DNA of 64,000 bases from Acidimicrobiales bacterium (lineage in GTDB: Bacteria > Actinomycetota > Acidimicrobiia > Acidimicrobiales > Bog-793). Made by a program: the position numbers and the translations under genes. Below the pieces are notes generated by a model. The model saw only the letters and a list, made by a program, of their open reading frames with translations. It made no database searches and was not told where the DNA came from. Shown here piece by piece: positions 58,679 to 64,000 of this stretch; position 1 is the stretch's first letter, and every line of letters begins with the position of its first letter. The stretch spans positions 73,710-137,709 of the forward strand of contig JBEKEM010000003.1 of the NCBI GenBank assembly GCA_050013835.1. Reading direction: 5' to 3'.

Positions 58679-59693
58679 CGGCGTAGGACAACCCGTCGGG
58701 CAACTCCAGGCAGCGGGCCGCCCCGAGGACCGCGCAGCGGCCGGCCCCGGCGGCGACGTGGACCGGCACTCCGGTCAGCTCGGCGAGACGGCGATCGAAC
58801 CCGTCGAGCAGGCCGCCTCCGCCGGCGAGGAGGAGCCCGGTGCCGATGAGGTCGTTGACGAGCTCGGGGGGTGCCTCGGTGATGCCGCGCACGGCGGCGT
58901 TGAGCATCGCGGCGACGATCGGCTCGATGAGCGGCTTCAGCTCGACGCTCGTCACGGTCGCGCTCCTCGGTCGCCCCGAACGCGCGTCGCGCCCGAGGAC
59001 CTCGAGCTCGCCTGCGCCGGGACGGGGAGCGATCGTTCCGAGGGCGCGCGTCACCGCCCCCGCCGCCTCCCGGTCGAGGAGCAAGTCGCGCTGGCGCACG
59101 AGATAGCTGCGGACGGCCTCGTCCAGGTCGTCCCCGCCGTGGGCGCAGGACGACGACACGACGATCCCGCCGAGGGCGAACACGGCGACGTCGGTCGTTC
59201 CGGCGCCGACGTCGACCACCATCGACCCGGTCGGCTCGTCGATCGCGATCCCGGCGCCGATCGCGCACGCCATCGGATGGGCGATGAACAGCACGTCCTT
59301 CGCCCCCGCCCGGCGCACGGCGCGGTCGAGCGCCCGGTTCTGCACCCGGGTCGCGCCGATGTGGGTGCACACGAGCACGCGGGGATGCGAGATCCGGGAG
59401 GCCCCGGCCCGACGCAGCGCCTCGGAGAGGACCCCCTCGACGAGGCCGAGGTCGACGAGCTGGCCGTTGCGCACCGGGTGGCGGACCGAGACGCGCCCGG
59501 CGGCACGCGCTCCGAGGACGAGCGCCTCGGAGCCGAAGGCGAGGACGCGGCCGGTGTCCCTGTTGACCGCCGCGACAGTCGGCTCCTCGACGAGCAGCTC
59601 GCCGCTCGCGTCGGCGATCCGGGTCGAGCCTGTGCCGAAGTCGAGCGCGAACTCCGCGGTCAACGTGCCGGTCCGTTCTGCACTGCGCCACAT
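58656..59693 (-). CDS. MreB/actin-like ATPase
   Basis: DFGTGSTRI, EPTVAAV, VVDVGAGTTDVAVF and LLLAGGGGLL motifs. Start set at the internal ATG 59693. Confidence 0.75.
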   Translation of the reverse strand: MWRSAERTGTLTAEFALDFGTGSTRIADASGELLVEEPTVAAVNRDTGRVLAFGSEALVLGARAAGRVSVRHPVRNGQLVDLGLVEGVLSEALRRAGASRISHPRVLVCTHIGATRVQNRALDRAVRRAGAKDVLFIAHPMACAIGAGIAIDEPTGSMVVDVGAGTTDVAVFALGGIVVSSSCAHGGDDLDEAVRSYLVRQRDLLLDREAAGAVTRALGTIAPRPGAGELEVLGRDARSGRPRSATVTSVELKPLIEPIVAAMLNAAVRGITEAPPELVNDLIGTGLLLAGGGGLLDGFDRRLAELTGVPVHVAAGAGRCAVLGAARCLELPDGLSYAVSVARIR

Positions 59694-59789
59694 CGTACGG
59701 GGGCCGGGCACGCCGCAGCGTCGGGGGCGACCCATCGCCGCGCCCTGCTGACCTCCCTTCCGGGCCGGGGACAGTTAGCCTGCGCAGGC

Positions 59790-60980
59790 GTGACCGTCAC
59801 TCCGGGCGACTTCGGCGATCCCCTCGAGGAGGGTCCCGGCCCGCCCCTCCTCCCCCCCGACGACCGCCTGTGGCGGCACCCGTCCGAGCTCGGCGCGTCC
59901 CATTCCTCGCTGCCCCTCGACCCCGTCGCCGTCCGACGCCGCTGGCTGCTCAGCCATCCGTCACGGCGCAGCGCCCTCACCGCCGGCGTCGTCGGGGCAC
60001 TCCTCGCGACCGGCGTCGTCGCCCTCGGCACCCACCTCGCCGACTCGATGGGGGGAGTCGGCCGTTCCGCGTTCGACGGAGCCGTCCCCGCCAACACGAC
60101 GGCGATCACGTCGGGCGGCGACGCGCTCAGCCGCACGCTCGCGGCGAACATCAGCCGGGCGAGCGCGGCGATGGCGTTCGTCCAGGTCACCCGGGGCTCG
60201 ACCCGGACCAGGGTCCTCGGGCTCGTCGTGCGCTCCGACGGGATGATTCTCGCCCCGGCGAGCGGCCTCGAGGGCGCGACGACCCTCACCGTCACGCTCG
60301 CCAACGGCGACGTCTACCTCGGCGACCTCGTCGGCGCCGACACCCGCAGCGACCTCGCGATCGTGCACATCAACGGCGCGAGCGGGCTAGCGGCCGCGTC
60401 ACTCTCCCCGGACCCGGTGGCAAAGGGATCCTTCGCCCTCGCCGTATCGGTGCCCGGGAGCACCGCCTTCTCGCTCGGCACGATCCGTGGCGTGTACTGC
60501 TCGCCGCTCGTTGCCGGTCACCGGCTCCTCGGCGAACTCGCCACCGATCTCGCCGTCGCCTCCGGCCCCCCGGGGAGCCCGCTCCTCGCTTCCACCGGGG
60601 CCGTCGAGGGGATGGTCACCGGAGGGACCAGAACGGGCGCCGTGGTCGCCCCGGCCTGGCTCGCCGCCCCCGTCGCCGACGAGTTGATGGCGACCGGGCG
60701 GGTGACCCATGGCTGGCTCGGGCTCGACGGCACGACCACAAAGGGCGACCCGGCAGGCGTGCGCGTCGAGACCGCCACCGCCAACGGCGCCCTGGCGCGA
60801 GCCGGCATCACACCGGGAGACGTCATCGTCTCGCTCGACCGCACGCCGGTGACCTCGCTTGCTGAGCTGCAGGCCCGGCTCTACGTGCTGCCGCCCGGGA
60901 CCCGCGTGTCGGTCGGCATCGTCCGCGGCAGCGCGCGCTTCGTCCACCGGATCGTCCTCGGAGTGACGCCGAGCTCGTAG
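59790..60980 (+). CDS. HtrA/S1C-like protein with PDZ domain, catalytic His and Ser missing
   Basis: TM segment, then DGMILAPASGL where TNxHV is expected. DLAIVHI (Asp) is kept. GPPGSPLL replaces GNSGGPL. C-terminal PDZ (GITPGDVIVSLD). GTG 59790 chosen as start. Confidence 0.65.
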   Translation: MTVTPGDFGDPLEEGPGPPLLPPDDRLWRHPSELGASHSSLPLDPVAVRRRWLLSHPSRRSALTAGVVGALLATGVVALGTHLADSMGGVGRSAFDGAVPANTTAITSGGDALSRTLAANISRASAAMAFVQVTRGSTRTRVLGLVVRSDGMILAPASGLEGATTLTVTLANGDVYLGDLVGADTRSDLAIVHINGASGLAAASLSPDPVAKGSFALAVSVPGSTAFSLGTIRGVYCSPLVAGHRLLGELATDLAVASGPPGSPLLASTGAVEGMVTGGTRTGAVVAPAWLAAPVADELMATGRVTHGWLGLDGTTTKGDPAGVRVETATANGALARAGITPGDVIVSLDRTPVTSLAELQARLYVLPPGTRVSVGIVRGSARFVHRIVLGVTPSS

Positions 60981-61073
60981 GGGGCGGTGCGGGCTGGACC
61001 CGCCCGCTGTGCCCCCGGCCTCTACCGGAACACCGCCGAAACGTCCGAACGGCCTGCGGCCTAGATTCGTCGC

Positions 61074-62282
61074 GTGGAGTCAGATCCTTCGGGAGGCCTC
61101 GGCGGCTTCCTCCCCGGCTTGCTCGGCGACCTGCTCCGCCTGATGCACACCGATGCGCCCGTGCAGTGGGACCTGGCCGTCCAACTCGCCCTGAATGTCG
61201 CCTCGGAGGGCCAAGCGGAGCCGAACGTCGATCCCATCGAGCGCATGCGAATCGAGGAGATCGCCCGCATCGCTGAGCTCCAGGTCGCCGACGTGACGGG
61301 CATGCCAACGACGCCGAGTGGGCGTTCCGTCTCCGTCGTCGCCGCCCCCCCCGCCGAGTGGGCGCGGCGCAGCCTCGAGTCCTGGCGGCCGCTCATCGAG
61401 GAGTACGCCGCGGCGATCCGCCCCCCGGCACCACAAGAGCCCCCCGACGAGGCGGGCGACGAATCCGGAGCCGGGTTCGCGGCCCTACTGGAGAAGTGGG
61501 CGGCGGCGATGGCACCGGCCATGATCGCCCTCCAGGTCGGCTCCATCATCGGCCACCTCGCCCGCCGAACGCTCGGCCAGTACGAGCTGCCGCTGCCGCG
61601 CATGCCGGGCGACGAGATCACCGTCGTCCCCTCGAACGTGGCCGCATTCGCCTCGGACTGGAGCCTCGAGCTCGATGACGTCACGATGTGGCTGGCGGCC
61701 CACGACCTCGCCGCCCACGCCGTATTGTCCCGGCCCCACGTCCACGACCGGCTGCAGGCGCTGCTCGTCGCCCACGCCGCCGGCTTCCAGCCGGACCTTT
61801 CGGCGCTCGAGGAGCGGTTCGGCGAGGCGGCGCTCGGCAACCCCGGCGACCTCGGCGACCTCGGGCGCCTCCTCGGCGATCCCGCCGCGCTCGCCGAGCC
61901 GGCCGACACGCCCGAGCTGCGCCGGGTCCGAGGCGAGCTCGCGGCACTGACGTCAGCCTTCGCCGGCTACGTCGAGTGGGTGACGGACAACGTCACCGCC
62001 CGCACCATCGGCGCCCGCCGGCCCGTGGCCGAGGCGCTGCGACGCCGGCGCGTCGAGCGCTCCGACGACGAGCGGGCCGCCGAGACGCTGTTCGGGCTCC
62101 GCCTCGACCAGGACGCCCTCGACCGCGGGGAGGCGTTCGTGCGGGGGGTCGTCGAACGGGGGGGCGACGTCGAGCTCGGCAAGCTGTGGACCCTCGAGGC
62201 GAACCTCCCGACGCCGGCGGAGATCGACGCCCCGGGACTTTGGATCGCGCGGGTCAATCTCCCCTCGGCCGCCACCGACTGA
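61074..62282 (+). CDS. DUF2342-type putative zinc metalloprotease
   Basis: LLGDLLRLM...PVQWDLAVQLA N-terminus and LAAHDLAAHAVL (HExxH-like region). Typical actinobacterial family, by recollection. Confidence 0.6.
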   Translation: MESDPSGGLGGFLPGLLGDLLRLMHTDAPVQWDLAVQLALNVASEGQAEPNVDPIERMRIEEIARIAELQVADVTGMPTTPSGRSVSVVAAPPAEWARRSLESWRPLIEEYAAAIRPPAPQEPPDEAGDESGAGFAALLEKWAAAMAPAMIALQVGSIIGHLARRTLGQYELPLPRMPGDEITVVPSNVAAFASDWSLELDDVTMWLAAHDLAAHAVLSRPHVHDRLQALLVAHAAGFQPDLSALEERFGEAALGNPGDLGDLGRLLGDPAALAEPADTPELRRVRGELAALTSAFAGYVEWVTDNVTARTIGARRPVAEALRRRRVERSDDERAAETLFGLRLDQDALDRGEAFVRGVVERGGDVELGKLWTLEANLPTPAEIDAPGLWIARVNLPSAATD

Positions 62283-62297
62283 GACGGGCGGCGGCCC

Positions 62298-62597
62298 TCA
62301 GGCCCCGGCGGGCGCCGGCTCCTCGGGGATGCCGAGGTCCCACTCCAGCAGCAGGTTCTCCCGCTCGGCGTCGCGCACGACGCGCTCGCGATTGCGCCGG
62401 AACTGCGGGTCGTGCGGCGGGAGCAGGACTAGGCGGGCGAGGGCGCGCTCGCGGAACGCCTCGATCACCGCCCGCTCGCCGAACTCCGACTCGATCTCCC
62501 AGTGCGGCGCCACCGGACCCAGGTAGACGATGCGGACGTGCCCGCGAGGCGGCTCCGGCGTCTCGCTCGGCCCGCTCAACGGCGTGGTCATCGGCAC
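62298..62597 (-). CDS. Hypothetical conserved protein (99 aa)
   Basis: Normal composition and a clean ORF. No motif recognised. Confidence 0.45.
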   Translation of the reverse strand: MPMTTPLSGPSETPEPPRGHVRIVYLGPVAPHWEIESEFGERAVIEAFRERALARLVLLPPHDPQFRRNRERVVRDAERENLLLEWDLGIPEEPAPAGA

Positions 62598-62825
62598 TCC
62601 TCCGGTCGGTCCGGGCCGAGTCTATCGACGGCCTGGTCCCCGGCCGGGGTGATCGGCGGCACGTGACATCCGGTCATCTGACCTGTGAACTCTCTGCGAA
62701 TCCCCCCGAGGCGCGCCTGCGCTCGTCATGCCGGGTGTAGTTTCCACGGTGAAGCCTTTTGGCGCTGGGTCAGACGTGGGGGATCTCCCCGGGGGCCGCC
62801 CGGCCGGGCGGAGGGGTGGTGGCGG

Positions 62826-63071
62826 ATGGAACTCGAGTGGATGGCGAGGGGCAAGTGCCGGATGCTTCCCCCGGAGACCTTCTTCCCGAGTGACGGCGTC
62901 GGCGTCGAGATCGCCCGCCGGATCTGCCGTGACTGCCCGGTGAAGTCGCCCTGCCTCGAGTACGCGATCGCGAACCACATCGACCACGGGGTCTGGGGCG
63001 GCACCTCCGAACGGGAACGACGCCGCCTCGCCCGAGGCCGCCGCCGCCTCACCGTCGTCGAGTCCCACTAG
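62826..63071 (+). CDS. WhiB-family Fe-S transcription factor (WhiB1-like)
   Basis: Four Cys (GKC...ICRDCPVKSPC) and GVWGGTSERERRRL. ATG 62826 is preceded by ggaggggtgg. Confidence 0.85.
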   Translation: MELEWMARGKCRMLPPETFFPSDGVGVEIARRICRDCPVKSPCLEYAIANHIDHGVWGGTSERERRRLARGRRRLTVVESH

Positions 63072-63107
63072 CCGACCCCCCGTCCGGTGACGACGGGCGC
63101 CGCGACG

Positions 63108-63935
63108 ATGCTCGAGTGCGTCGTCAATCTCAGCGAGGGCCGCGACAACCCCTGGCTCGACGCCCTCGCGCGCCAGCTCGGTCCGGCCGCACTCGACGTG
63201 CACGCCGATCCGTGGCACCACCGTTCCGTCTTCACGCTCGCCGGTCCCCAGGTGGGCGAGGTGGCACGCCAGCTCGCCGCGGCAGCGGCCGCCCATCTCG
63301 ACATCAGCCGCCACGAGGGGGCCCACCCCCGCCTCGGCGTCGTCGACGTCGTGCCGTTCGTGCCCCTCGGTGCGGCGGCGATGCGACCGGACGGGGATCT
63401 CGGCGAGGCGATCGCCGCCCGTGACCGCTTCGCCGCCTGGGCGGCGGAGGAGCTGGCGATCCCGTGCTTCTGCTACGGCCCGGAGCGCGCCCTGCCGGAG
63501 ATCCGCCGGCGCGCCTTTCGGGACCTGCGACCCGACTACGGGCCCAACGCCCCGCACCCGTCGGCTGGGGCGAGCTGCGTCGGGGCGCGCCCTGCGCTCG
63601 TCGCCTTCAACCTCTGGCTCGCCGAGCCCGACCTCGCCGTCGCCGGCGGGATCGCCAGGGCACTGCGCTCGCCGGAGGTGCGCGCCGCCGGGTTCGCCCT
63701 CGGCGGGGAGGTGCAGGTCTCCTGCAACCTCATCGCGCCCTGGGACGTCGGGCCGGCCGAGATCTACGACCGGGTGGCCAGGCTCGCCGCCGTCGCCAGG
63801 GCGGAACTCGTCGGCCTCGTCCCGGAGGCCGTCTTGCGCGCGATCCCCCGGCGCCGCTGGGAATCGCTCGATCTCGGCGAGCGCTCGACGATCGAGGCCC
63901 GACTAGAAACAGCCGGTATCGCGGTCCCCAACTAG
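63108..63935 (+). CDS. Glutamate formimidoyltransferase-like protein
   Basis: MLECVVNLSEGRD N-terminus and HPRLGVVDVVPFVP are typical of the FTCD N-terminal domain. Confidence 0.7.
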   Translation: MLECVVNLSEGRDNPWLDALARQLGPAALDVHADPWHHRSVFTLAGPQVGEVARQLAAAAAAHLDISRHEGAHPRLGVVDVVPFVPLGAAAMRPDGDLGEAIAARDRFAAWAAEELAIPCFCYGPERALPEIRRRAFRDLRPDYGPNAPHPSAGASCVGARPALVAFNLWLAEPDLAVAGGIARALRSPEVRAAGFALGGEVQVSCNLIAPWDVGPAEIYDRVARLAAVARAELVGLVPEAVLRAIPRRRWESLDLGERSTIEARLETAGIAVPN

Positions 63936-64000
63936 GAAGCGGCGACCTCGCGGTGCTGCGACAGGCGCGCCCGGCGCACGCGGCGCCGTTCGCGTTCGCT

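Noticed and set aside
56326-59691. Long Arg/Pro-rich ORFs: 56326-57612, 56784-57902 and 57985-59691 on the minus strand, and 57215-58018 on the plus strand
   Set aside because: Low-complexity shadow frames overlapping the PDZ-Lon, HEAT and MreB-like genes.
62826-63071. Identification of the WhiB gene as WhiB7, suggested by Rv3193c/Rv3194c-like synteny and the Arg-rich tail
   Set aside because: It lacks the EPW motif and the RGRP AT-hook of WhiB7. The GVWGGTSERERRRL C-terminus is WhiB1/2/3-like.

Overview
High-GC actinobacterial chromosomal window. The core genome on both sides flanks a ~48-kb integrative and conjugative element (ICE) inserted in the initiator tRNA-fMet gene.

Left core (1-3.8 kb): the C-terminus of a family-2A-type encapsulin shell gene, its cysteine desulfurase cargo with a long disordered N-terminus, an Rrf2 regulator, a hemolysin-III gene with no visible start, a transposase remnant and a decayed tRNA-fMet-like copy.

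ICE (about 3836-51880): it is bounded by a 45-bp imperfect (39/45) direct repeat of the tRNA 3' part with a 19-bp exact core. A tyrosine integrase lies next to the intact tRNA. The backbone is an actinobacterial T4SS-type conjugation module: MobF/TrwC-like relaxase-helicase, candidate oriT hairpin, ArdC-like protein, VirB6-like, SCO6880-like, VirB4-like ATPase, T4CP, DUF4913 and Xis-like HTH.

Both ICE ends are visibly more AT-rich and packed with defence cargo:
- a type II RM with Vsr and an RHH protein
- an MmeI-like type IIL enzyme
- a NERD protein
- a five-gene DISARM-like operon with a non-canonical methylase and a frameshifted PLD gene
- McrBC

Several uncharacterised candidates sit between these systems:
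- an HTH-Ser/Thr kinase next to DUF3892
- a translationally coupled DUF6884 three-gene operon bracketed by 30-bp direct repeats
- a 646-aa orphan
- a DEDD exonuclease next to a J-domain/inactive-Mrr/TM protein

Right core (51.9-64 kb): UPF0182 membrane protein, DivIVA-domain protein, PDZ-Lon-like protease, HEAT-repeat protein, MreB-like protein, a catalytically dead HtrA-like protein, DUF2342-type metalloprotease, a WhiB-family protein and a formimidoyltransferase-like protein.

No CRISPR array or rRNA was seen. Most other long ORFs in the track are GC-driven shadow frames.
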